From positions 3,991 through 67,990 of the forward strand of contig DASPMF010000066.1 in NCBI GenBank assembly GCA_035627155.1: a DNA stretch of 64,000 nt, read 5' to 3'. The stretch is from Burkholderiales bacterium (lineage in GTDB: Bacteria > Pseudomonadota > Gammaproteobacteria > Burkholderiales > SG8-39). Every line of letters begins with the position of its first letter. Positions within the stretch are counted from its first letter, which is position 1. This document shows, in pieces, positions 22,554 to 35,762 of this stretch. The notes beneath the pieces are model-generated. The model was not told where the DNA came from, made no database searches, and saw nothing but the letters and a program-made list of their open reading frames with translations. The translations under genes and the position numbers were made by a program.

Positions 22554-23329
22554 GCAGCGAAGTGCTCGTCGAACGGGATGGCGCCCTGGCCACCATCACC
22601 CTCAACAAGCCGGAACGCATGAACGCGCTGAGCCTCTCCATGTGGGAGCAGCTTGGCGCCGTCGCGAGCGAGCTCGACGCCGACGAAGCCCTGCGCTGCG
22701 TGGTGATCCGCGGCGCGGGCGACAAGGCTTTCGCCGCGGGTGCGGATATCGCCGCCTTCGCGACGGAGCGCGCCAATTCCGCGCAGGCTGGGGCCTACGG
22801 TGCGCGCATCAGCGACGCCATGCGCCAGCTTGCGTCATGCCGTCACCCTGTGGTCGCGCTCATCCAGGGCGCGTGCGTGGGCGGCGGCTTGCTGGTTGCG
22901 GCGCAGGCCGACCTCCGCATCTGCGGTGATTCGGCCCGCTTCGGCGTGCCGGTCAAGAACCTCGGCCTGGTCGAGGCCTATGACGAACTGGCGGGCATGA
23001 TGCGCGTCGTGGGGCGGGCGGCGAGCCTCGAGATCCTGCTCGAGGGCCGCATCTGGACGGCGCGCGAAGCGTACGAGAAGGGCCTCGTGAACCGCGTGGT
23101 CCCCGACGGCGAGGTCGTCGCGGAGGCGTATGCCACCGCGAGGCGCATTGCGGAAGGCGCGCCGCTGGCCGCGCGCTGGCACAAGAAGTTCGTGAACCGC
23201 CTGGCCGATCCGAGGCCGCTCACGCCCGAAGAGTTCGCCGAAAGCTATGCCTGCTTCGATACCGAGGATTACCGCGAGGGCGTCGCGGCGTTCCTCGCGA
23301 AACGCAAGCCCGCCTTCCGGGGCCGCTGA
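22550..23329 (+). CDS. Enoyl-CoA hydratase/isomerase (crotonase) superfamily protein
   Basis: GTG at 22550 overlaps the dctM stop (GTGA). Crotonase motifs: LNKPERMNAL, GAGDKAFAAGADIAAF, GACVGGGLLVAAQADLRI. Confidence 0.8.
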   Translation: MSSEVLVERDGALATITLNKPERMNALSLSMWEQLGAVASELDADEALRCVVIRGAGDKAFAAGADIAAFATERANSAQAGAYGARISDAMRQLASCRHPVVALIQGACVGGGLLVAAQADLRICGDSARFGVPVKNLGLVEAYDELAGMMRVVGRAASLEILLEGRIWTAREAYEKGLVNRVVPDGEVVAEAYATARRIAEGAPLAARWHKKFVNRLADPRPLTPEEFAESYACFDTEDYREGVAAFLAKRKPAFRGR

Positions 23330-23399
23330 GGACCGGGCTGCTATGATCTGCGGCCTAAGTCGAAAAAAGATCGCATCCAATGAGGACAAAGGAGGAGTC

Positions 23400-24386
23400 A
23401 TGAAATCCAGCAATCGCTTCGCCATGCGGATCCTCGCGGCGGCGGGCCTCGCGCTCGCGGCGATGGCCGCCCAGGCGCAGTCCTGGCCGACCAAGCCGAT
23501 CATCATGCTGAACCCCTTCCCCGCCGGCGGGGGCACCGACACGTTCGCCCGCCCGATCGCAGCCAAGCTGAGCCAGACGCTGGGCCAGCAGGTGCTGATC
23601 GAGAACCAGGGCGGCGCGGGCGGGACCGTGGGTGCCGCGAACGCGGCGAAACGCGCGCCCGACGGCTACAACTGGTTCTTCGGCGCCGTGCACCACACGA
23701 TCGCGGAAAGCCTCTACGCGCGGCTGCCCTACAACCTGGAGAAGGATTTCGAGCCGGTGACGGTCGCGGCGTTCGTGCCGAACGTCGTCGTCGTGCATCC
23801 GAAGCACGCCGACAAGTTCAAGACGCTGAAGGACCTGATCGACTACCTGCGCAAGAATCCCGGCCAGCTCAACTACGGCTCCGCGGGTAGCGGCACCACG
23901 CACCATCTCTCCGTCGAGCTTTTCAAGACGATGACGAAGACGTTCATGGTGCACATTCCGTATCGCGGCGCCGGACCGCTGATGGTCGATCTCCTGGCCG
24001 GTCAGGTCGACCTGGCCTTCGACGGCATGGGCACCTCGTCCACGCAGATCAAGGCGGGCAAGCTGATTCCCCTCGCGATTACCTCCGCCAAGCGCAACCC
24101 GGTGCTGCCAAACGTGCCGACCGTCGCCGAAGCCGGCGTACCCGGCTACGAAGTGCGCACGTGGTACGGCATCTGGGCGATCAAGGGCACGCCGAAGGAC
24201 GTGAAGGAGCGCATGTACAAGGAGATCGTCGCCGCCATGCAGCAGCCCGATCTGAAGCGGATCTGGGCGGAGCAAGGGGCGGATGCGGGCGGCATGCCGC
24301 CGCAGGAAATGGAGAAGCTCGTGCGCGCAGAGATCACCAAGTGGGCGAAGGTCGTGAAGGACGCCGGAGCGAAGGTCGACAACTGA
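23400..24386 (+). CDS. Bug family (tripartite tricarboxylate transporter, TctC-like) substrate-binding protein
   Basis: ATG at 23400 after SD GGAGGAG. Signal peptide plus PFPAGGGTDTFARPIA and GSAGSGTTHHL motifs. No tctA/tctB membrane genes lie nearby. Confidence 0.85.
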   Translation: MKSSNRFAMRILAAAGLALAAMAAQAQSWPTKPIIMLNPFPAGGGTDTFARPIAAKLSQTLGQQVLIENQGGAGGTVGAANAAKRAPDGYNWFFGAVHHTIAESLYARLPYNLEKDFEPVTVAAFVPNVVVVHPKHADKFKTLKDLIDYLRKNPGQLNYGSAGSGTTHHLSVELFKTMTKTFMVHIPYRGAGPLMVDLLAGQVDLAFDGMGTSSTQIKAGKLIPLAITSAKRNPVLPNVPTVAEAGVPGYEVRTWYGIWAIKGTPKDVKERMYKEIVAAMQQPDLKRIWAEQGADAGGMPPQEMEKLVRAEITKWAKVVKDAGAKVDN

Positions 24387-24404
24387 CCCGCGCGAGCTCT
24401 CGAG

Positions 24405-24431
24405 AAACCGCGCGCAAGCGCGGTTTTTTTT
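24405..24431 (+). terminator. Rho-independent terminator after the Bug gene
   Basis: AACCGCGC-GCAA-GCGCGGTT (8-bp GC-rich stem, GNRA loop) followed by T8. It starts 19 nt after the stop codon. Confidence 0.8.
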
Positions 24432-24441
24432 GCCTGCATCC

Positions 24442-25902
24442 ATGACCGCCAACCTTTACGCCCTGCTCGCCTCGCGCTTCGCCGCCGCAGTGGACGAGGT
24501 CGCGCTGGAAACGGCGGACGGCCGCGTCATTACGTATCGCGAGCTGGACGCCGCTTCGGCGCGTTACGCGAGCCTTCTCGCCTCGCTAGGCCTCAAGCAG
24601 GGCGATCGCGTCTGCGCGCAGGTGGAAAAGTGCGCGGATAACGTCTTCCTGTACCTGGGCTGCCTGCGCGCCGGCTTCGTTTACCTGCCGCTGAACACTG
24701 CGTACCAGGAGGGCGAGATCCGTTACTTCGTAGGGGACGCGAAGCCGATGGCTGCGTTCTGCGCGCCCGCGGCGCGCGGATTCGAGGGCGTGCCGCATCG
24801 GCTGCAGCTCGGTGCAGCCGACGGCTCGGCCGGGACCTTCCGGACCGTGGACAGTCGACCGGAAGACCTTGCCTGCATCGTCTACACGTCGGGAACGACG
24901 GGACGCGCCAAGGGCGCAATGGTGACGCACGGCAACCTTACGTCGAATGCCCTGGCGTTGCACCAAGCCTGGCGCTTCCAGCCCGGTGACGTGCTGCTGC
25001 ATGCCCTGCCGCTTTTCCACGTGCACGGCCTGTTCGTCGCCCTGCATACCGCCCTGCTGAATGCCAGCCGGATCCTGCTTCTGCCGCGCTTCGAAACCGG
25101 CCCGGTGATGGAGCGGCTGGCACGTTCGACCGTCTTCATGGGCGTGCCCACCTACTACGTGAGGTTGCTCGCGGAGAAGTCCCTCGACGCGGCGTACTGC
25201 CACGCCGTGCGGCTTTTCGTTTCGGGCTCGGCGCCGCTGCTTGCCGAGACCTTTTCGGAGTTCAAGCGCCGCACCGGCCATGCCATCCTCGAGCGCTACG
25301 GGATGACGGAAACCGGCATGAACACCTCCAATCCTTACGATGGCGAGCGCCGCCCCGGTACCGTTGGGTTCGCGCTTCCGGACATTGACGTCCGCGTTGC
25401 CCAGGCCGACGGCGCAGCCCTTGCGCAAGGCGAAATCGGCCAGATCCAGGTCCGCGGGCCGAACGTGATGGCGGGGTATTGGGGGATGCCCGAGCGACGC
25501 GCCGACGACTTCACCGCGGATGGGTACTTCCGTACCGGCGATCTAGGCCGCTTCGATGCGGACGGGTACCTTTCCATCGTCGGACGCGAGAAGGACCTGG
25601 TGATTTCGGGCGGATACAACGTGTATCCGAAGGAAATCGAGATGCTGATCGACGAAATGCAAGGCGTCGCGGAATCGGCGGCGTTCGGAGTACCCCATCC
25701 CGATTTCGGCGAAGCACTCGCGGTCGCCATCGTGCTGGAGCCGGGCGCCGCGCTGACGGAGCAGCAGGTGATCGGCTATGTAAAGGGGCGGCTGGCCAAC
25801 TTCAAGGTCCCGAAGCGCGTGGTGTTCGTCAAGGAACTGCCGCGCAACGCCATGGGGAAGGTGGTCAAGAGCGCTCTCAAGGCGAGCCACTCGGGCGCGT
25901 AG
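24442..25902 (+). CDS. matB: Malonyl-CoA synthetase-like AMP-dependent ligase (MatB-like)
   Basis: ATG at 24442 (MTANLYALL); the track start is a TTG inside the terminator T-run. AMP-binding motif YTSGTTGRAKGAM. The block GDRVCAQVEKCADNVFLYLGCLRAGFVYLPLNTAY closely resembles rhizobial MatB as I recall it. Confidence 0.75.
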   Translation: MTANLYALLASRFAAAVDEVALETADGRVITYRELDAASARYASLLASLGLKQGDRVCAQVEKCADNVFLYLGCLRAGFVYLPLNTAYQEGEIRYFVGDAKPMAAFCAPAARGFEGVPHRLQLGAADGSAGTFRTVDSRPEDLACIVYTSGTTGRAKGAMVTHGNLTSNALALHQAWRFQPGDVLLHALPLFHVHGLFVALHTALLNASRILLLPRFETGPVMERLARSTVFMGVPTYYVRLLAEKSLDAAYCHAVRLFVSGSAPLLAETFSEFKRRTGHAILERYGMTETGMNTSNPYDGERRPGTVGFALPDIDVRVAQADGAALAQGEIGQIQVRGPNVMAGYWGMPERRADDFTADGYFRTGDLGRFDADGYLSIVGREKDLVISGGYNVYPKEIEMLIDEMQGVAESAAFGVPHPDFGEALAVAIVLEPGAALTEQQVIGYVKGRLANFKVPKRVVFVKELPRNAMGKVVKSALKASHSGA

Positions 25903-26388
25903 CTACTTCACCACGATGTTGTTGTCCACGGTCCGCACGCCGCTCACCGAGGCGGTGAGACGGCCGGCACGCGATACCGTGTCGGGGCTACCCGCGAATC
26001 CGGACAGCTGGACCCGGCCCTCGTACGTCTCCACCGAGATCGCCGTGGAGGCAATGCCCTTCTCGGCCAGCAGCGCCGCCTTGACGCGCGCAGTAATGAC
26101 CGCGTCGCGCAGTATTCGCTTCTGATTGTCTTCCTTGGCGAGCATGAACTCCGCCTCGGTAAGCAAGCCGTCCTTGTCCGCATCGAACTCGGCGAAGCGC
26201 TTCCACACTTCGCGGTCCGCCAACGCTTCGACCTTGGAGACATGGCGATCGCCGTTGCGGTCGAGCGCAACGAGATCGCTGCGCGGCGCCTGGCCTCCCG
26301 GCGGGCCGGCAGGCTGACCAAGGGCCTTGCCTGCGGCGAGTGCTGCGGCGAACGCCACGATGAGTACGACGGCTGTCAGTGTGCGCAT
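25903..26388 (-). CDS. Secreted EF-hand pair + BON domain protein
   Basis: ATG at 26388 after SD GGGGAG. Signal peptide, two EF-hand loops (DRNGDRHVSKVE, DADKDGLLTEAE), then a BON-like C-terminus (ISVETYEGRVQLSGFAGSPDTVSRAGRLTASVSGVRTVDNNIVV). Confidence 0.7.
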   Translation of the reverse strand: MRTLTAVVLIVAFAAALAAGKALGQPAGPPGGQAPRSDLVALDRNGDRHVSKVEALADREVWKRFAEFDADKDGLLTEAEFMLAKEDNQKRILRDAVITARVKAALLAEKGIASTAISVETYEGRVQLSGFAGSPDTVSRAGRLTASVSGVRTVDNNIVVK

Positions 26389-26506
26389 CGATCTCCCCTC
26401 GCTTCCAATATAGGGGGCGAGCTGCCGGACCAATGTGACAGTTGTCATGCAAGCTGCATGATTCTGGTGTCGTGACGAGGCGACGCACGTCGACTGCGCG
26501 CGACAT

Positions 26507-27319
26507 TCACCACAGGTCGGCGAGCATTCGCACCGCGATCGCATAGAGCGCGATCGCGAACACCGCGCGCAGCCGCTTCACGGGCAGCCGATGCGCGAGT
26601 CGCGCGCCGAGCGGGGCCGCCGCCATGCTCGTCACGACGATGAGCGCGAGCGCCGGCAGATACACGTACCCCACGCTCCCACGCGGCAAGCCGTCGATGC
26701 GCAGGCCCTGTAAAAGGTGCGCGGCGGTGCCGGCAACGGCAATGGGAAACCCGATCGCGGCCGCCGTGCCGATCGCGCTGCGCACCGGAAGCCCGCACCA
26801 GGCGAGGAAGGGGATCGAAAGAAACGCGCCGCCGGCCGAGAGCAGGCTCGAGACGCCGCCGATGAGCGCGGCCGCGCCGAACAGCGCTGCCCCACGGGGC
26901 AGCGGTCGTATGCCTTTTGGCCGCAGGTCGAACAGCATCATCGTGCCGGCGGCGAACACGAGCAGCGTAAACAGGACGGCAAGCGGTCGCGTCGGGATGA
27001 GGCCGGCGAGCAGCGCAGCGAAGAACGAGCCGGCGAGGATGCCCGGGGCCATGGTGCGCGCGACGCGCCAATCCACTGAGCCGAAGGCGTGATGCGCACG
27101 AACGCTGGAAAGCGAGGTAAATACGATGGTTGCCAACGCGGTCGCCAAGGCGACGTGCAGCGTATGCAGGGGTGGGAATCCCTGGGCGGCGAGCACATAG
27201 AAGAGCAGCGGAACGATGACCATGCCGCCGCCGATGCCGAGCAATCCGGCCGCAAAGCCGACAACGACGCCGATACCGAGGTAGGCCGCCCAGGCGTGGG
27301 CGGTGACCCAACCTTCCAT
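26507..27319 (-). CDS. TauE/SafE (DUF81) family anion exporter
   Basis: 270 aa with about 8 TM segments. Repeated GGGMV/LGIGGG-type motifs typical of the TauE/SafE family. Confidence 0.8.
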   Translation of the reverse strand: MEGWVTAHAWAAYLGIGVVVGFAAGLLGIGGGMVIVPLLFYVLAAQGFPPLHTLHVALATALATIVFTSLSSVRAHHAFGSVDWRVARTMAPGILAGSFFAALLAGLIPTRPLAVLFTLLVFAAGTMMLFDLRPKGIRPLPRGAALFGAAALIGGVSSLLSAGGAFLSIPFLAWCGLPVRSAIGTAAAIGFPIAVAGTAAHLLQGLRIDGLPRGSVGYVYLPALALIVVTSMAAAPLGARLAHRLPVKRLRAVFAIALYAIAVRMLADLW

Positions 27320-28101
27320 CAGCGGTCCTGCAGCAGGTGCGTGGCCAGCTCTGCGAATCCCGCTCCCGCCGGCAGCGCGGTCACGTAGGCCGGCGGGTGC
27401 TCGAGCGATGCGCCGAAGCGCCGAACGTTCGCGACGCCGACGGAGCGCGCGAAGTAGCGGAACATCGGCGCGTCATTGGGCGAATCCCCGGCGAAGACCA
27501 CGCTCTCGTTGCCGTTCTCCGCCAGCTCCGTTCCGAAGCGCTCGGCGAAGAGCGCGCGCGTCATGGCCAGCTTGTCGTAACCGCCGAACCAGCCGTTCAC
27601 GTGGATGGAGCTCACCTTTGCCGTCAATCCAGCCGCGCGCATGAGCTGGGCGATGCGTTCGGCGGCCTCCAGCGGAAGCGCAGGCACGTCCTCGCAATAG
27701 TCCATCGCGAGATCGGTTTCCCGGTAGGCCTGGTCCGCGGCGACGGCGCATCCTTCCACCGCCGCCACGATCTCCGCCGCAACCGCGCGCAGGCGCTCGA
27801 GGTTGCGTGCGCGCGTGGCAGCATCGTGGTGGTAGCGGCGCTGCAGCTTGCCACCGGCATGCCAGAAGTAGAACGCGCCGTTCTCTCCGACCACGGCGTC
27901 CACCGGCCACATCCGCGCGATGTGGTCGCACCAGCCGGCAGGGCGACCGGTCACCGGGATGACGCGCAGGCCGGCGCATTTAAGGCGCTCGAGCGAAGAA
28001 TAGGCGGCCGCCGTGAGCTTGCCGTCGGTGGTGAGCGTGTCGTCGATGTCCAGCAGCACCGCGGTCACGCCGCGGCTTTCGAGTTCACGAAGCGGCTTCA
28101 T
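27319..28101 (-). CDS. HAD-IIB family phosphatase
   Basis: ATG at 28101 (MKPLREL). HAD motif I LLDIDDTLT, motif II VTGRP, motif IV GDSPNDAPMF. The stop overlaps the TauE ATG by 1 nt (TGATG). Confidence 0.75.
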   Translation of the reverse strand: MKPLRELESRGVTAVLLDIDDTLTTDGKLTAAAYSSLERLKCAGLRVIPVTGRPAGWCDHIARMWPVDAVVGENGAFYFWHAGGKLQRRYHHDAATRARNLERLRAVAAEIVAAVEGCAVAADQAYRETDLAMDYCEDVPALPLEAAERIAQLMRAAGLTAKVSSIHVNGWFGGYDKLAMTRALFAERFGTELAENGNESVVFAGDSPNDAPMFRYFARSVGVANVRRFGASLEHPPAYVTALPAGAGFAELATHLLQDR

Positions 28102-28436
28102 CGGCGCGTTGCCTCGGCGACCCGCGCGCGCGCCCCGGCGTCGAGGTGCAGCCCGGCTTTGGTGCGCCACGCGGCATGACGAACCGCAGCGGCGACACGA
28201 GGTGTCCGGCGACGGGCAGCAGGATCTCGCGTTCCGCGAGCGCTTCTGCGATGAGGCGGAACTCGAACTGCTCCAGGTAGCGGAGCCCGCCGTGGGATCT
28301 GCTTGGAGGACGCCGAGGAAGTGGCGCTGCCGAGATCTTCGCGCTCGACGAGCGTAACGCTCAGCCCGCGTCCGGCGGTGTCCTGCGCGATTCCTCCGCC
28401 GTTGATTCCGCCGCCGATGGAGAGCAGGTCGACCAT
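28098..28436 (-). pseudogene. glpD: Remnant of glycerol-3-phosphate dehydrogenase gene (N-terminal about 90 codons, frameshifted, 3' part missing)
   Basis: MVDLLSIGGGINGGGIAQDTAGRGLSVTLVEREDLGSATSSASSKQI is a GlpD-type FAD-binding N-terminus. After about nt 28296 the homology continues only in the +1 frame (HGGLRYLEQFEFRLIAEALAEREILLPVAGHLVSPLRFVMP). It then stops, and the HAD gene starts at 28101. Confidence 0.65.
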
Positions 28437-28507
28437 GGCGCGCGACTATAGCCCATGCCTACCCCGCGGTGGCGGCTTTTCGGGCGCTTGCGCGCCCGCA
28501 AGGTGGA

Positions 28508-28705
28508 TTAGCCGCTTGCTTTCTTGAGCTGGTCGAGCTGCAGCACCTTCACGCGCGTCGCGTGGCCGGCAGTGGAAGCGCTTTCCGCGCGGGCTTGCTC
28601 GCGGGTCTGCACCTGCTGCTGTCGGCGGACCCTCTCGAAGGTCTTGCGGACATCCGTGTCGAAGCTGGGCTTGTAACGGAACGAGGAATCGAGGATGTGT
28701 TTCAT
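28508..28705 (-). CDS. Small hypothetical protein (65 aa, basic, Gln/Arg-rich)
   Basis: ATG at 28705 is preceded by SD AGGAGA at 7-nt spacing. No overlap with other genes. No family recognised. Confidence 0.5.
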   Translation of the reverse strand: MKHILDSSFRYKPSFDTDVRKTFERVRRQQQVQTREQARAESASTAGHATRVKVLQLDQLKKASG

Positions 28706-28854
28706 TCGGGTCTCCTACGCTGACGGGAGGATTCTTCCAGCCTCCCTCCGCAAGCGTTACGGCCGTGGCTAGTCTCGCCGGACTACATGCGGGCGGGCAA
28801 CACCATTTTGGAGTCGTGCCGCCGCTACAGCGTTCGTAGGAGTGCTACGGAGAA

Positions 28855-29273
28855 CTACTTCTTGCGCAGCTTGCGGATGGCGGCTAGCTGGGCGGCAAGC
28901 ATGGCGAGCTCGCCCTCGACGACGGCGAGCTCTTGCTTGTCCTTGGCGTTCGCGCGCGCCTCTTCGGCCTTCTTCAGCGCCTCGGTGGCCTTCGCCTCGT
29001 CCAGGTCCTTGCCGCGAATCGCGGTGTCGGCGAGCACGGTGATCACCTTCGGCTGCACTTCCAGGATGCCGCCGGCGACGAAGATCAGCTGCTCCTCGCC
29101 TCCGCCCACCGGAGTGATGCGCACCGCGCCCGGCCTGATGCGCGTGATGAGCGGCGTATGGCGCGGATAGATGCCTAGCTCGCCCGCCTCCCCCGGCAGC
29201 ACGACGAACTCCGCCTCGCCGGAGAAGATCGCTTCCTCGGCGCTGACCACGTCGACGTGGATGGTGTTGGCCA

Positions 29274-29274
<1 letters not shown>
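28855..29274 (-). CDS. atpC: F1 ATP synthase epsilon subunit
   Basis: ATG at 29274 ([19 protein letters not shown]) overlaps the atpD stop (TAATG). Last gene of the atp operon. Confidence 0.9.
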
Positions 29275-31584
<2,310 letters not shown>

Positions 31585-31596
31585 CGAGGCGTCTTC

Positions 31597-33144
<1,548 letters not shown>

Positions 33145-33168
33145 GGCAACTCCTTAAGCGTGCTGCGT

Positions 33169-33705
33169 CTATGCCTTCAGTGCGTTCTCGAGCGCGCCGA
33201 GCTGCGCGCGCGCGGAACCGTCGATAACCTTGTCGCCCAGCAACAGGCGTACGCCGCCGATCAGGTCCTTGTCCACCGTCACGGTCGCCTTCACCTTGCG
33301 CCCGAACTTCTTCTCGAGGCGGGCCACGAGGTCGGACACCTGGGCGTCGCTGAGCTCGAACGCGGATTGCACCTCGGCCTCCATTACGCCTTCGCGCCGG
33401 TTCTTCAGTTCTTCAAACTGCGCCCGGATCTGGGGCAGCAGCTCCAAGCGGCCGTTCTCGGCCAGTATCCGCACCAGGTTCTCCGCGTCGCGGTCGAGCT
33501 TGCCGGCGAGCACGCCGATGAACAGGCCCGCCACCTGGGCATCCGAAAGCTTCGGGTCGCCGATTGCGCGGCCGATGCGCTCATCGGCGGCCACTGCCGA
33601 GAGCGCGCCCAGCATGCCGGACCATTTCGGCAGGGATGCGGATGCGTCGGCAAGCCGGAAGACCGCTTCGGCGTAGGGACGCGCGACGGTGCTGGGCTCG
33701 GCCAT
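33169..33705 (-). CDS. atpH: F1 ATP synthase delta subunit
   Basis: ATG at 33705 within track ORF 33169..33951 (MAEPSTVARPYAEAVF). Position between atpF and atpA. Confidence 0.9.
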   Translation of the reverse strand: MAEPSTVARPYAEAVFRLADASASLPKWSGMLGALSAVAADERIGRAIGDPKLSDAQVAGLFIGVLAGKLDRDAENLVRILAENGRLELLPQIRAQFEELKNRREGVMEAEVQSAFELSDAQVSDLVARLEKKFGRKVKATVTVDKDLIGGVRLLLGDKVIDGSARAQLGALENALKA

Positions 33706-33706
33706 C

Positions 33707-34177
33707 TCAGAGCTGTCGCTTGATCGACTCGAGCAGGTCGGCGTGCGCCTTGGCGTCGACCTCGCGGCGCAGGATCTTCTCGGCGCCCGCCACGGCGAGC
33801 GAGGCGACATGATCGCGCAGTTGCTCGCGTGCCCGCGACAGCTCCTGCGAGATCTCCGCCTTGGCCGCGGCCTTTTCGCGGTTGCCTTCTTCCTTCGCGG
33901 CATTGCGCGCCTCGTCGACGAGCTGCGCCGCGCGCTTTTCCGCCTGGGCAATGATTTCCGCCGCCCGCGCGCGCGCCTGGCTTACGGCGTCCTCCGCCTG
34001 GCGCGTGGACTGCTCGAGCGAACGCCGGCCCTGGTCGGCCGCCGCAAGCCCGTCGGCAATCGTCTTCTGGCGCGCTTCGATCGCGCGCAGGAGCGGCGGC
34101 CAGACGAACTTCACCGTGAATGCGATGAAGGCGAAGAACGTAACCGCCTGGGCGACCAGCGTGAAGTTAAGGTTCAT
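33707..34177 (-). CDS. atpF: Fo ATP synthase subunit b
   Basis: 156 aa. N-terminal TM ([20 protein letters not shown]) followed by a long charged helix. Confidence 0.9.
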   Translation of the reverse strand: MNLNFTLVAQAVTFFAFIAFTVKFVWPPLLRAIEARQKTIADGLAAADQGRRSLEQSTRQAEDAVSQARARAAEIIAQAEKRAAQLVDEARNAAKEEGNREKAAAKAEISQELSRAREQLRDHVASLAVAGAEKILRREVDAKAHADLLESIKRQL

Positions 34178-34201
34178 GGACGGCCTCCGAGCCGCAACGA
34201 C

Positions 34202-35325
<1,124 letters not shown>

Positions 35326-35336
35326 CTACGGACTGA

Positions 35337-35705
35337 TCAGTACTCGCGCACAAAGAACGCCATTGAAAAAACGACCATCGTGGCGACGAACGATCCGAGG
35401 AAAGCGAGCACCACCGCCTCGGCATAGAGCGTGAGCACCAGCCACACAAGGAGGACCGCCAGGCCGACCTTGACTGCTTCGGCTCTCAGGGCACCTGCCA
35501 GGACCCCCCCTGCGGACTTCGCACTGCTCCACGAAGCCACGTACGCGGAGACCAGACCGGCGATGATGCTTACCAACCCGCCGGCGGCCGCCGAGATCGC
35601 GCCTTGCTTGCCTGCCAGCAGCCCCGCCGCCAGCGCAAGCGCTGCGGTGGTTGCAATCTGCCAGCGGAAAACGACGCGGATCGGCTTGCTCAGGGCACGA
35701 AGCAT
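35337..35705 (-). CDS. atpI: ATP synthase protein I
   Basis: Small hydrophobic protein at the head of the atp operon. ATG at 35705 has SD GGGGAGAAAG. The track start (GTG 35753) lies only 9 nt from the parB stop. Confidence 0.7.
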   Translation of the reverse strand: MLRALSKPIRVVFRWQIATTAALALAAGLLAGKQGAISAAAGGLVSIIAGLVSAYVASWSSAKSAGGVLAGALRAEAVKVGLAVLLVWLVLTLYAEAVVLAFLGSFVATMVVFSMAFFVREY

Positions 35706-35762
35706 GGCGTTCTTTCTCCCCGTACCCGGCAAAGCCTGAAAATTATATCCCACGGCGAAACG

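Noticed and set aside
28098-28200. A second frameshift restoring GlpD homology (HAAWRTKAGLHLD resembling RPAWMIRxGLFLYD)
   Set aside because: These codons use the same nucleotides as the RFVMP block in the other frame, so both cannot be ancestral. The similarity is short and may be chance.
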